A stretch of DNA of 64,000 bases from Ignavibacteriota bacterium (GTDB lineage Bacteria > Bacteroidota > Ignavibacteria > UBA10030). Below, one piece after another: positions 42,332-52,076 of this stretch. Position numbers and translations under genes: made by a program. The notes below the pieces were generated by a model that was not told where the DNA came from, searched no databases, and was given only the letters and a program-made list of their open reading frames with translations. The number at the start of each line of letters is the position of its first letter. Position 1 is the first letter of the stretch. Location of the stretch: positions 352,001 through 416,000 of the forward strand of contig OY969585.1 in assembly GCA_963701295.1 (NCBI GenBank). Reading direction: 5' to 3'.

Positions 42332-43702
42332 CTAATCGGGAAGATCCCACCGCGGCACTTGAATGTCATATCGCTTGATCTTAAGATAGAGCGTCTTTGG
42401 TGTAATGCCCAATGCCTTTGCAGTTTTGACACGATTCCAATGGAAATGTTTCAAAAGACGTTCGATATGAAGTTTTTCAAGATCCTCAATGGTAATGAGA
42501 ATCTCTGCCTGTGGCAGTTCAGAGAGAGCTGTGGACTGAGGTGGTGCGGCGCTCAATGCAACATTCATCCATAAATCTTTTGGTTCCACAACATCGGCAT
42601 GGCTGAGAGCAATGGCGCCTTCAATGACATGTTCAAGTTCACGGACATTACCGGGCCAATCGTAGGTCATCAACACTTGCAATGCTTCTGGGCTGAGGTG
42701 TTTCGTCTTTGTTTTTCGGGTAAGAAAACTTTCTACGAGAAGCGGAATATCTTCTTTACGTTCTTTGAGATTAGGCAAACGGAGACTCACGACATTTAAT
42801 CGATAGAGTAAATCCTCACGGAACCGATTCTCTTTTACTTCTTCCTGTAAATTTTTATTTGTTGCCGATACGACACGAACATCCACCGTTCGAGTGTTGG
42901 TTCCTCCGACTCGGCGAAACTCACCTGTCTCAAGAAAGCGAAGAAGTTTTGGCTGAGTGGTTATACTGATATCACCGACTTCATCCAGGAACAACGTGCC
43001 GCCATCAGCCACTTCGACAAGTCCTTGTTTTGTCTTAATGGCACTTGTGAAAGATCCTTTTTCATGTCCGAATAGTTCACTTTCCAAGAGCTGGTCCGGC
43101 ATCGCAGCACAGTTGACAGCGATAAACGCCTGATTCTTCCGCATACTATGCTGATGAACAAGCCGTGCAAAAAGTTCTTTGCCCGTGCCGCTCGCTCCTT
43201 GAATCAATACAAATGCTTCACTCAATGCCAACTTGATTGCCTTGTGGACGACATCCTTGAATATTTGGCATTCACCGATTAACTCAACGGGGCGTGCAAG
43301 TTGATTCACTTCCTTTTCGATGAGAAGTTGTTTGTGTTCGAGTGCACGTCGGACTGTTGCGATAAGTTCAGCAGTTTCGTACGGTTTACTGACAAAATCG
43401 TACGCTCCAAGTTTTGTAGTCTCAATGGCTGTTTTCACATCCACGATATTTGTCAGCATAATAACTTGAGTGGCGGGGGCATGTTCTTTGATATGCTTTA
43501 GTACTTCAACACCGCTGATACGAGGCATCTTGACGTCGAGCAAGACAACATCGTACACTTTTGCTTGAATAAGATTGATGGCGTCTGAGCCGCTCAGCAC
43601 GGTATCAACTTCGAACTCCGGCAGATCTTCCAACTCAGTTTTGACGAGATAGGTTATCGATTCTTCGTCATCAACGACTAGAATCCGATGTTTTTTTGAC
43701 AT
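42332..43702 (-). CDS. sigma54-dependent response regulator (NtrC family)
   Basis: Receiver, GASGTGKE, GSFTSA, FLDEVGD, WPGNVREL, HTH. Confidence 0.95.
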   Translation of the reverse strand: MSKKHRILVVDDEESITYLVKTELEDLPEFEVDTVLSGSDAINLIQAKVYDVVLLDVKMPRISGVEVLKHIKEHAPATQVIMLTNIVDVKTAIETTKLGAYDFVSKPYETAELIATVRRALEHKQLLIEKEVNQLARPVELIGECQIFKDVVHKAIKLALSEAFVLIQGASGTGKELFARLVHQHSMRKNQAFIAVNCAAMPDQLLESELFGHEKGSFTSAIKTKQGLVEVADGGTLFLDEVGDISITTQPKLLRFLETGEFRRVGGTNTRTVDVRVVSATNKNLQEEVKENRFREDLLYRLNVVSLRLPNLKERKEDIPLLVESFLTRKTKTKHLSPEALQVLMTYDWPGNVRELEHVIEGAIALSHADVVEPKDLWMNVALSAAPPQSTALSELPQAEILITIEDLEKLHIERLLKHFHWNRVKTAKALGITPKTLYLKIKRYDIQVPRWDLPD

Positions 43703-43726
43703 AGCGGCAAGGCTCCCTTGCCAGCT

Positions 43727-44104
43727 TTATGCACTAGTAAGAACTCTTTCGACTGTGGTAAGCAGATCGACGAGATCGTAGGGTTTACTTACGAAATCCT
43801 CTGCGCCAAGTTTTTTCGACTCGATTGCATTCTTGAGGTCGGCAAAACCTGTTAACATAACGACCTTGGTTTTTGGCCAACGGTCCTTGACAAATTTTAA
43901 AACTTCAAATCCGTCAACATTGGGCATTTTAATGTCCAAGAGGATAAGATCAAAACCTTTGGTTGTTAATATATTAATAGCATCTTGCCCGTCGGCGGCA
44001 CTGGTCACTTGATACCCTTCGCCCTCTAATTCTGCACTCAGGACAACACGAAGCGCTTCTTCATCATCAACAACCAAAATTCTGTTTTTTGCAGGCATAA
44101 CCAA
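43727..44104 (-). CDS. Single-domain response regulator
   Basis: ILVVDDE, LLDIKMP, MLTG, KP. Confidence 0.93.
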   Translation of the reverse strand: MVMPAKNRILVVDDEEALRVVLSAELEGEGYQVTSAADGQDAINILTTKGFDLILLDIKMPNVDGFEVLKFVKDRWPKTKVVMLTGFADLKNAIESKKLGAEDFVSKPYDLVDLLTTVERVLTSA

Positions 44105-44314
44105 GCTCCTTGCGGAATGTCTGTTTTCGATAGGAAACCGATATTATTGTTGGTCCTTAATCAATATTCGTTCTGATGATTATATGAAGAATACTTTTGA
44201 AAAGCAACTTCCACAATGAGAAAGCTTTGATATTTCATATTTAAGAATATTTCACTCCTGCATTAACAAATCTGCGATTGAATATTATGAGAACTTATGG
44301 TATAATGAGTCTAT

Positions 44315-45025
44315 ATGAGTACTGTCGATCCGAATAACGCATCAAATCCTGTGCGTATCCTTATGGTGGATGATGACGTTGCGTTTTCCAGGGTTGTTCG
44401 GGCTATTCTTCAGCTCTACCGACAACGTACATTCATCATCACCTGGAAAGAGTCCGTCGAAAGCGCACTTGTTGAAATCGAACAAAATCAAGAGATAGAT
44501 CTCATTCTCACAGATTATTACTTCCCAACTTCTAACGGCTTGGAATTCTGCTTGCAACTGGACCAAATGGGGCGCTCCATCCCCATTATTTTTTTGACCG
44601 GAGCTCGTGACTTCAAACTCGCCGTGGAAGCGATGAAACTCGGAGTTGAAGATTACCTGCTGAAAGAAGACCTCGATCAAGCCTATTTACCGCGAACCAT
44701 CCTTAGCATTCTTGATCGCGTGCTCCTCCGTAGACATAAACTCTCAATCGAAAAAAGAATAGCAATGGCTGAAAGCCGTGCCCAAGTCATTCGCGAATTG
44801 GTTGTCACGGTCTGCCATGAGTTCAACAACCCATTGGCGGCAATTAAAATAAGCTTCGACCTCCTTCAGCGTCAAACCATAGAGACAGTTGCGCCAGAAA
44901 TGATGAAGTCTTTTGAGAGCCGTTTTAATACCATTGATTCAGAAATCAAACAGTTGCGCGATTTGAACTTTGAGAGAATTGATTTCCATGAGGATAAAAC
45001 CTACAACTCCAAAGAGACTCTGTAA
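44315..45025 (+). CDS. Receiver domain plus HisKA dimerisation domain, no ATPase domain
   Basis: ILMVDDD, LTDY, FLTG; VCHEFNNPLAAI H-box; protein ends about 55 aa later. Confidence 0.85.
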   Translation: MSTVDPNNASNPVRILMVDDDVAFSRVVRAILQLYRQRTFIITWKESVESALVEIEQNQEIDLILTDYYFPTSNGLEFCLQLDQMGRSIPIIFLTGARDFKLAVEAMKLGVEDYLLKEDLDQAYLPRTILSILDRVLLRRHKLSIEKRIAMAESRAQVIRELVVTVCHEFNNPLAAIKISFDLLQRQTIETVAPEMMKSFESRFNTIDSEIKQLRDLNFERIDFHEDKTYNSKETL

Positions 45026-45028
45026 ATC

Positions 45029-45057
45029 TTGCATCTCTCCATACTTTTCGCTATACT
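45029..45057 (+). promoter_or_regulatory. sigma70-type promoter
   Basis: TTGCAT, 17-nt spacer, TATACT immediately after the REC-HisKA stop. Confidence 0.6.
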
Positions 45058-45177
45058 TCAAGTAGTTCAATGGAATAAAATGAATCCTTGCCACTGGTTG
45101 TGACACAGATCGAGATGCTTGCAAACAAGAAATTAATAATCGCTCTTCCTGCAAATAAAAAATATAGAGAGTTTTAG

Positions 45178-45213
45178 AAAGTGTCCCGCCCAATAAGCGG
45201 GACACTTTTTTTT
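45178..45213 (+). terminator. Strong intrinsic terminator directly before the nif3 start
   Basis: AAAGTGTCCCGC-CCAATAA-GCGGGACAC then T8. Confidence 0.85.
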
Positions 45214-45217
45214 GTAT

Positions 45218-46330
45218 ATGAGCTTACATATCACCGATATTGTACAAGCGTTTGAAGAATGGGCGCCAAGGTGGGTAGCATGGGAGAAAGATAATGTAGG
45301 CCTGCAAGTTGGAAATCAAGTGCAAAATGTCACAAAAATTTTAATTACACTTGACGTAACGAAGCAAACTGTCACCGAGGCAATCGCAAGAAAAACTGAA
45401 CTGATCATCTCACATCACCCACTTCTCTTCCGGCCGCCATCGTCAATCACAACAAGTGATACTGTTGGTGAGTTAATCTTGCAACTTGCAGAAAATAAAA
45501 TTTCCCTTTTTTCTGCGCACACTAATCTAGATTTTACACAAGGCGGAGTAAGCTTCGCTCTCGCTAAAACACTCGGATTGGAAGACATTCGATTTCTTTC
45601 ACCATTAAAAGAATCACTATCAAAAATTGTTGTTTTTATTCCGGAAGGTCATGTTGAGCAGGTGATGCACGCGATGACACAGGCAGGGGCCGGTATGATC
45701 GGTAAATATTCATCATGCTCATTCGGTACAAAAGGCATCGGAAGTTTCCGCGGCTCTCCATCATCTAATCCTTTTAGAGGAAAACGCCAAAATCTAGAAT
45801 TTATTAAAGAGACACGGCTCGAGATGATCACACCGCGCGCAAGAGTGAACGGAGTGATCGTTGCAATGAAAACAGTGCATCCCTATGAAGAAATTGCATA
45901 CGACATCTATAATGTTGAAAATCCGAATCCCAATTTCGGAATGGGTGCATTCGGCACATTGTTAAAGCCACAACCGCTAGGAACATTCTTAAAGTTTGTC
46001 AAGCGAACACTTCGCAGCGGAATGCTACGTTTCACAGGCAGAACAACAAACGAAGTTCAAAACATAGCGGTCTGTAGTGGGTCCGGCTCAGACCTTCTAT
46101 CCGATGCCATCGCCGCAAAGGCAGATGTGTTTATAACTGCAGACGTGCGATATCATGTATTTCACACAGCGTCAGGCAACATCGCCCTTGTAGATGCAGG
46201 TCATTGGGAAACTGAACAAGTTGTTTTAAAACCTATTGCGGATCGAATTCGCTCTGTCGCCCGAAAGGCGAATGAGCCTTTAAATGTATGGATCACCAAA
46301 CATATAACGAACCCGATTCAAACGATGTAA
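45218..46330 (+). CDS. Nif3/DUF34 dinuclear metal-centre protein with PII-like insertion
   Basis: DNVGLQVG, ISHHPL, AHTNLD, HPYEE.AYD, DAGHWETE. Confidence 0.94.
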   Translation: MSLHITDIVQAFEEWAPRWVAWEKDNVGLQVGNQVQNVTKILITLDVTKQTVTEAIARKTELIISHHPLLFRPPSSITTSDTVGELILQLAENKISLFSAHTNLDFTQGGVSFALAKTLGLEDIRFLSPLKESLSKIVVFIPEGHVEQVMHAMTQAGAGMIGKYSSCSFGTKGIGSFRGSPSSNPFRGKRQNLEFIKETRLEMITPRARVNGVIVAMKTVHPYEEIAYDIYNVENPNPNFGMGAFGTLLKPQPLGTFLKFVKRTLRSGMLRFTGRTTNEVQNIAVCSGSGSDLLSDAIAAKADVFITADVRYHVFHTASGNIALVDAGHWETEQVVLKPIADRIRSVARKANEPLNVWITKHITNPIQTM

Positions 46331-46358
46331 GCTGCTAGATTATTGAGAGGAGTAACCG

Positions 46359-47090
46359 TTGGAAAATCGATTACGATTGTTGTACTCATTACAGTTGGTT
46401 GATTCCAGTCTTGATGAGCTCCAGGAAATGAAAGGCGATTTACCGAAAATCGTAGCTGAATTATCGGAGACCATAAAAGGCAAACTCGCGCAAAAGAAAG
46501 AACTTGATGATATCTTAAGAAAATCGATCGTCAATCGAGACAAAACAGATGTGGACATATTGTCTCTCAAAGAAAAGATCGAGAAATATAAGACCCAGCA
46601 GTTTCAAGTGAAAACCAACAAACAATACGATACGTTGGCACGAGAGGTCGATCACACTCAGGAGAAAATCACAAAACTCCAAAAGGAGATGGATGAGCTG
46701 GAAGGTAAAGCTGAATTTGCTAAGGAGGATGCGGAGAAACTTCGACCTGAGATTGAAACATTGCAGGCAGAATTTGCAGATCGCAAGAAAGAACTCGCTG
46801 CCGTCAACAAAGAACACGAAGATGAAGAGTTGAAATTCCAACACCAGCGTGAGAAGATTATCAGTCGCGTCTCGAAAGTAGATTACCAGATGTACGATCG
46901 AATCCGTAAGGCAAAAGAGGGACGTGCTATTGTTCAGGTACAGCGGAATTCCTGTGGCGGCTGCTTTAACCGCGTGACGCCACAAAGAGTACTGGAATTG
47001 CGGAAAAATTCAACTCTCATCACGTGCGAACGATGCGGCCGCATACTCGTATCGGATGAAATAGTTGAAAGTGCGAAGAAATCTGTATGA
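46359..47090 (+). CDS. Coiled-coil protein with C4 zinc ribbon (DUF164 family)
   Basis: LQLVD...long coiled coil...CGGCF...CERCGRIL. Confidence 0.9.
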   Translation: MENRLRLLYSLQLVDSSLDELQEMKGDLPKIVAELSETIKGKLAQKKELDDILRKSIVNRDKTDVDILSLKEKIEKYKTQQFQVKTNKQYDTLAREVDHTQEKITKLQKEMDELEGKAEFAKEDAEKLRPEIETLQAEFADRKKELAAVNKEHEDEELKFQHQREKIISRVSKVDYQMYDRIRKAKEGRAIVQVQRNSCGGCFNRVTPQRVLELRKNSTLITCERCGRILVSDEIVESAKKSV

Positions 47091-47503
47091 CCATATTCGC
47101 CTATACGGATGGCGCATCACGCGGTAATCCTGGTGAAAGCGGAGTTGGCATCGTGCTGAAGGATGAACTTGGCAATGTGATTGGATCACATTTTGGCTAC
47201 ATTGGACAAGCAACAAATAACATCGCCGAATACACAGCTCTTGCTACTTGTCTAAAACTCGTGAAAGAAATTGAATGCGACCATCTTGTTGTTCATTCCG
47301 ACAGTGAGTTGATGGTGCGTCAATTAAATGGCCAATACAAAGTGAAGGATAAAGGTTTGAAGAAGCATTTCCTATACATCCAAAATATTCTTACAGCATC
47401 ACCATTCCAATTTGCAATTAAACATGTACCACGAGAAGAGAACCGTGAAGCAGACCAATTGGCGAATCACGGCATTGATACAAAAAAACGTTTGAACGTG
47501 TGA
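47087..47503 (+). CDS. rnhA: Ribonuclease HI
   Basis: YTDGASRGNPG, TNNIAEY, DSELMVRQ, HVPREENREAD.LAN. Confidence 0.95.
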   Translation: MTIFAYTDGASRGNPGESGVGIVLKDELGNVIGSHFGYIGQATNNIAEYTALATCLKLVKEIECDHLVVHSDSELMVRQLNGQYKVKDKGLKKHFLYIQNILTASPFQFAIKHVPREENREADQLANHGIDTKKRLNV

Positions 47504-47577
47504 GCTTTCAGTTTAGAAAGCTCATCGTCCTTTTGGCAAAGTGTTGTTGAGAAGGCTGGACGATGGGTCCAGAAGCA

Positions 47578-48069
47578 GAAGCTGGTGCGTCAGGCAGTCG
47601 CCCTATCTTGGTTATACAGGATAGGGAGGAAAGTCCGAACACCACAAGGCAAGGCGCCTCGCGTATACGCTTAGGGCGTAGAAAGCGAGGGTCCCGCGGG
47701 CAACATCCTGCAGGAACGGAGAGTATCACAGAAAACACACATCTCGATTTCTTCGATAAGAAGAAGCCGAGAAAAGGTGAAAAGGTGGCGTAAGAGACCA
47801 CCGCATCGTCAGTAATGACGATGGTCGCGTGAGCGATCCCGTCTCGATCTATGATTGAGACGGGACAAGAGAAACCCCGCTTGGTGCAAGACCGTGTAGA
47901 TCCCGTTTCCGGTTTAGCGAAAGCTAAGTCGGGATAGAGTTGCCCGCTCAAGTTCACACACGTGAAGACGGGATGGGTAGGTCGCCAAGAGAAATGGCTG
48001 CCTCGTTTCGTCGATTGCTTCGGCAGTTAACGGAATCAGACAGAATTCGGCTTATCGACTAACCACTTC
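47578..48069 (+). ncRNA. rnpB: RNase P RNA, bacterial type A without P18, expanded
   Basis: GAGGAAAGTCCG (CR-I), ACAGAAA, GGTGAAA, AAACCCC..GGTGCAAG, ACAGAATTCGGCTTA (CR-V); the 5' and 3' ends pair as P1. Confidence 0.96.
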
Positions 48070-48158
48070 ATGCTTCTGGATGTGTTGACATGCTTGCAGC
48101 TGGCCATACATATCCACCTTCTTGCTGTAATCTTTAATCATTGTACTGAAGGATACTG

Positions 48159-49901
48159 GTGACACCAAATCGGGAATATCGCTGGACGTTTCGTAAAGAT
48201 ACAGATTTAACAGCAGAAGATACTCAGATTGCACAATCCTTAGCACAGGAGCTTTCAATCTCCCCTATTCTGACAAAGATACTTGTCAGTCGGCGCATAG
48301 ATACATACGAGAAAGCTCGGGCTTACTTCCGGCCAAGCATGGAAGACCTTCATGATCCTTTTGCAATGGAACAAATGGATGTAGCAGTGGAACGAATCAC
48401 GCGGGCAATATCGCGCAATGAGCACATCGTCATCTTTGGTGATTATGATGTCGATGGAACAGACAGTACAGCAATGTTGTGGAAATTTCTGAAAGATATC
48501 GGAGCACATGTTGACTATTTTATTCCCGATCGGATTAAAGATGGTTATGGCATTTCCCTTGCAGGCATTGATCATATACGCGACATGGGGGCAACTCTTC
48601 TCATTGCGGTAGATTGCGGCATCACTGCAGTACAACAAGTGGAGTATGCACGATCACAGGGAATCAATGTTGTGATATGCGATCATCATGAACCGGGGAG
48701 CGAAATCCCAAACGCATCGGCAGTTCTCGATACATTGAAGCCATCATGTATGTATCCGTTCAAATTTCTGTGCGGATGCGGTGTTGCATTTAAACTCATT
48801 CAAGCATTGACATTATCCGAACCGATACGATGTCAACTGGGCGAAGATGCTCCAAAGCGCCTGCTCGATTATCTCCAATACGTCACGTTAGCGACCACAG
48901 CAGACATCGTCCCCCTTGTCAACGAAAACCGTATCATGGTGAAGTTAGGATTGGAACTTATCAACTCTATTCCTGTTCCAGGAATTCGTGCACTTATTGA
49001 GACCTCCGGATTATCACCGGGAAAAATCTCTTCTGGACAGATCGTCTTTGTGCTTGCACCGCGTATCAATGCGGTCGGCCGGATAGGCGATGCCAACCGA
49101 GCAGTCGAAATGCTCGCCAGCAATTCATTCGATCGTGCAGTTCAAATCGCCAAGGTTATGGAAGATGAAAACTTCCAACGACGGAAGATTGATGAGGAAA
49201 CATTCATTCAAGCGCAAGAAATCGTTGAACGCTATTTAAACGCCGACAACGAAAGCGCTATTGTCCTGCATCAAGAAACATGGCATCCAGGTGTTATCGG
49301 CATTGTCGCTTCACGATTGGTGGAACGGTACTATCGTCCCACGATCATGATGACGACGGTGGATGGGGTTGCCAAAGGATCAGCACGCAGCGTATCCGGC
49401 TTCAACATTCACGAGGCATTGAAGAGATGCGAAGATAAACTGATCCAATTTGGCGGACATAAATACGCAGCAGGTCTCACGGTGGAACTTGACAGGCTAG
49501 ATGAATTTCGCGATGCGTTCAAACAAGTTGCCGCCGAGCTTCTTACAGAAGATCTACTCACACCGGAAATTCATATCGATGCGGAAATACAACTTTCCGA
49601 TCTGACACCAAAATTCATTCAAGTACTAAGTCAATTCGCTCCATTCGGTCCAGAGAATATGCGTCCTGTGTTCACAGTCCATGGCATAGAAGTACTTGGT
49701 CAACCGCGTATCGTTGGGAAAAACCACATTCGTTTCAAGGTACGGAGCAACACTCATGTTGTAGACGCGATTGGATTTAATTTGGGCCATTTGCTCAACC
49801 GTGTTCAGAGCAATAAAAAAGTTGATGTTGCTTTTTCACTCGATGAAGGCGAATTTGCAGGAGAAACTGTCCCGCAATTAAAGGTTCGAGATATAAAGTA
49901 A
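48159..49901 (+). CDS. recJ: ssDNA-specific exonuclease RecJ
   Basis: GDYDVDG, VDCG, CDHH, APRINAVGR, GSARS, GGH..AAG. Confidence 0.97.
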   Translation: MTPNREYRWTFRKDTDLTAEDTQIAQSLAQELSISPILTKILVSRRIDTYEKARAYFRPSMEDLHDPFAMEQMDVAVERITRAISRNEHIVIFGDYDVDGTDSTAMLWKFLKDIGAHVDYFIPDRIKDGYGISLAGIDHIRDMGATLLIAVDCGITAVQQVEYARSQGINVVICDHHEPGSEIPNASAVLDTLKPSCMYPFKFLCGCGVAFKLIQALTLSEPIRCQLGEDAPKRLLDYLQYVTLATTADIVPLVNENRIMVKLGLELINSIPVPGIRALIETSGLSPGKISSGQIVFVLAPRINAVGRIGDANRAVEMLASNSFDRAVQIAKVMEDENFQRRKIDEETFIQAQEIVERYLNADNESAIVLHQETWHPGVIGIVASRLVERYYRPTIMMTTVDGVAKGSARSVSGFNIHEALKRCEDKLIQFGGHKYAAGLTVELDRLDEFRDAFKQVAAELLTEDLLTPEIHIDAEIQLSDLTPKFIQVLSQFAPFGPENMRPVFTVHGIEVLGQPRIVGKNHIRFKVRSNTHVVDAIGFNLGHLLNRVQSNKKVDVAFSLDEGEFAGETVPQLKVRDIK

Positions 49902-49994
49902 GTATCCGTATATGAAAGTCTTTCAAGAATTGAGTCGTGACGTACACACGCAAGAACAGTCCAATCGACACTCCATAGTCTAAGGAAAGAAATA

Positions 49995-50750
49995 ATGTCA
50001 GGGCACAGCAAATGGTCCACGATCAAGAGAAAGAAAGCTGTCACTGATGCGCGTCGCGGAAAAATTTTTACGCAAGTCATCAGGGAAATTACCGTCGCTG
50101 CAAAAATGGGTGGTGGTAGTTCAGAAACTAATGCGCGTCTTCGCTTCGCCATCGATAAAGCGAAAGCATGCAATATGCCTGCAGATAATATTAAACGCGC
50201 CATTCAGAAAGGTACCGGCGAACTTCCCGGGGTCAATTATGAAGATGCCGTGTACGAAGCATATGGTCCTGGCGGCGTTGCCATCATTATTGAAACAGTG
50301 ACAGATAATAAAAATCGGACGATTTCGGACATTCGTCATATCCTTGAACGAAACAATGGCAAAGTTGCCATGTCTGGATCGGTGGCGTTCCAGTTTCACA
50401 AGAAAGGTATTATTCTTGTTCCAAAGTCCATTGTACAGGAAGACGATCTCCTCTCAATTATTCTCGATGCCGGCGCAGAAGATATGAAAACCGAAAGCGA
50501 TGAATATTACATTATTTGCGCTCCAGATAATTTTGAGACGGTAAAGCAAGCCATCGAAACAAAAAGTATCAAGGTCGAATCAGCGGAAATTCATCTTATC
50601 GCTGACAACTCTGTGAAAGTAGAAGGAAAAGATGCCGAAAATGTATTGAAGCTGATGGAAGCACTCGAAGAACATGACGACGTTCAGAAAGTGCATACGA
50701 ACTTTGATATTGACGATAAGGAATTAGTTCGGCTGGGAACCGGAAGTTAG
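49995..50750 (+). CDS. yebC: YebC/PmpR family protein
   Basis: MSGHSKWSTIKRKK, YEAYGPGG, TDNKNRT, DDVQ.V..N. Confidence 0.96.
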   Translation: MSGHSKWSTIKRKKAVTDARRGKIFTQVIREITVAAKMGGGSSETNARLRFAIDKAKACNMPADNIKRAIQKGTGELPGVNYEDAVYEAYGPGGVAIIIETVTDNKNRTISDIRHILERNNGKVAMSGSVAFQFHKKGIILVPKSIVQEDDLLSIILDAGAEDMKTESDEYYIICAPDNFETVKQAIETKSIKVESAEIHLIADNSVKVEGKDAENVLKLMEALEEHDDVQKVHTNFDIDDKELVRLGTGS

Positions 50751-50819
50751 ATCATCGATGAGAATAAAATTATCAAACTCACAAAGCACAAATAAATCAA
50801 CCACAAATCATAAATTAGT

Positions 50820-51395
50820 ATGATCATTCTCGGTGTTGATCCAGGAACTCTCATCACCGGCTTCGGCATTATCGAAGCAGAGCGTGGTATGTACTCTGTG
50901 CTCACCTACGATGTAATCAAGAATGCTAGTGATCGTTCCATGCCCATCCGGTTAAAACAGATCTATGACAGAATCTGCAAGATTATCAATCAGTACCATC
51001 CGGATGAATTTGCCATCGAGACCGCATTCTATGGTAAGAATGCTCAATCGGCACTGAAGCTAGGCCACGCACGCGGTGTGTCGATTTTGGCTGCAGTGAA
51101 TTTTCAAATTCCCACAACAGAGTATTCTCCGCGCGAAGTCAAGAAAGCAGTTACCGGAAACGGCGCCGCTTCCAAGCAACAAGTTCAATTTATGGTGAAA
51201 TCTCAATTGAAACTCCGCGAAGCACCAAAATTTTTTGATGCCTCGGACGCATTGGCGATCGCCTTGTGTCACTCATTCCGGATAATGGGCGGTAAAGCAA
51301 AATCGCGACATATACGAACGCCAGGATTACAATCGCATCGTACCTGGTCAGATTTCATTCATGCACATCCAGAACGAGTAGTGAGAAACAAATGA
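50820..51395 (+). CDS. ruvC: Holliday junction resolvase RuvC
   Basis: ILGVDPG, AIE..F, LGHARG, VKKAVTGNG.ASK.QV, DASDALA.A.CH. Confidence 0.97.
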   Translation: MIILGVDPGTLITGFGIIEAERGMYSVLTYDVIKNASDRSMPIRLKQIYDRICKIINQYHPDEFAIETAFYGKNAQSALKLGHARGVSILAAVNFQIPTTEYSPREVKKAVTGNGAASKQQVQFMVKSQLKLREAPKFFDASDALAIALCHSFRIMGGKAKSRHIRTPGLQSHRTWSDFIHAHPERVVRNK

Positions 51396-52000
51396 TTGCT
51401 ACTCTTACAGGTATCCTCAAATTTAAGAGTCCAACAGAAATTCTCGTTGAGGTACATGGCATTGGTTACACTATCAGCATCCCGCTCTCGACATATGAAA
51501 AACTGGGTGGTCTTGGCTCTTCTGTTTCCTTGTTAACGCATTTTCATGTACGTGAGGATGCTATGCTGTTATTCGGATTCTCCACAGAAGAGGAGCGGCG
51601 GCTTTTTAAGCTCTTAATTTCGGTATCCGGTATTGGTCCAAAGATCGCACAAAGCACCTTATCCGGAATGAATGTCGAGGAATTGAAATCGCACATCGTT
51701 GGCGGTAATGTGAATGCACTTATGGCTATTCCGGGAGTCGGCAGAAAAACTGCCGAACGCCTCATTGTGGAATTGCGCGACAAAGCCGGCAAAACCCTCG
51801 CTGAATCTGAACCAATTTCTGTTGTCGGAATGGCAACTGCCGCAATGCGAATCGAAGCGCTTCAGGCGCTTACATCGCTTGGTTACAATCAACAAATTGC
51901 CGAGAAAGCCATCCGGCTTGTCATGAAAGAAGCTGAAGGATCAACAATTTCTCTTGAAGAGTTAATTAAACGGGCGCTCCGCCACACGAACGCCCGATAA
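51392..52000 (+). CDS. ruvA: Holliday junction branch migration protein RuvA
   Basis: [33 protein letters not shown]. Confidence 0.97.
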   Translation: MIATLTGILKFKSPTEILVEVHGIGYTISIPLSTYEKLGGLGSSVSLLTHFHVREDAMLLFGFSTEEERRLFKLLISVSGIGPKIAQSTLSGMNVEELKSHIVGGNVNALMAIPGVGRKTAERLIVELRDKAGKTLAESEPISVVGMATAAMRIEALQALTSLGYNQQIAEKAIRLVMKEAEGSTISLEELIKRALRHTNAR

Positions 52001-52076
52001 AGCACACACAACAAACAATAAACCATTTTCCTGTGTTGTGTTGCTATTCTCTGCGGTTCTTGGTAATATTGTATTC

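Noticed and set aside
45115-45177. Resemblance of GCAAAC... ANKK.. to a tmRNA tag frame
   Set aside because: No tRNA-like ends, no T-arm and no terminal AA tag.
47508-47957. ORFs of 149 aa (minus) and 76 aa (plus) between rnhA and recJ
   Set aside because: They overlap the RNase P RNA gene and have no protein-like features.
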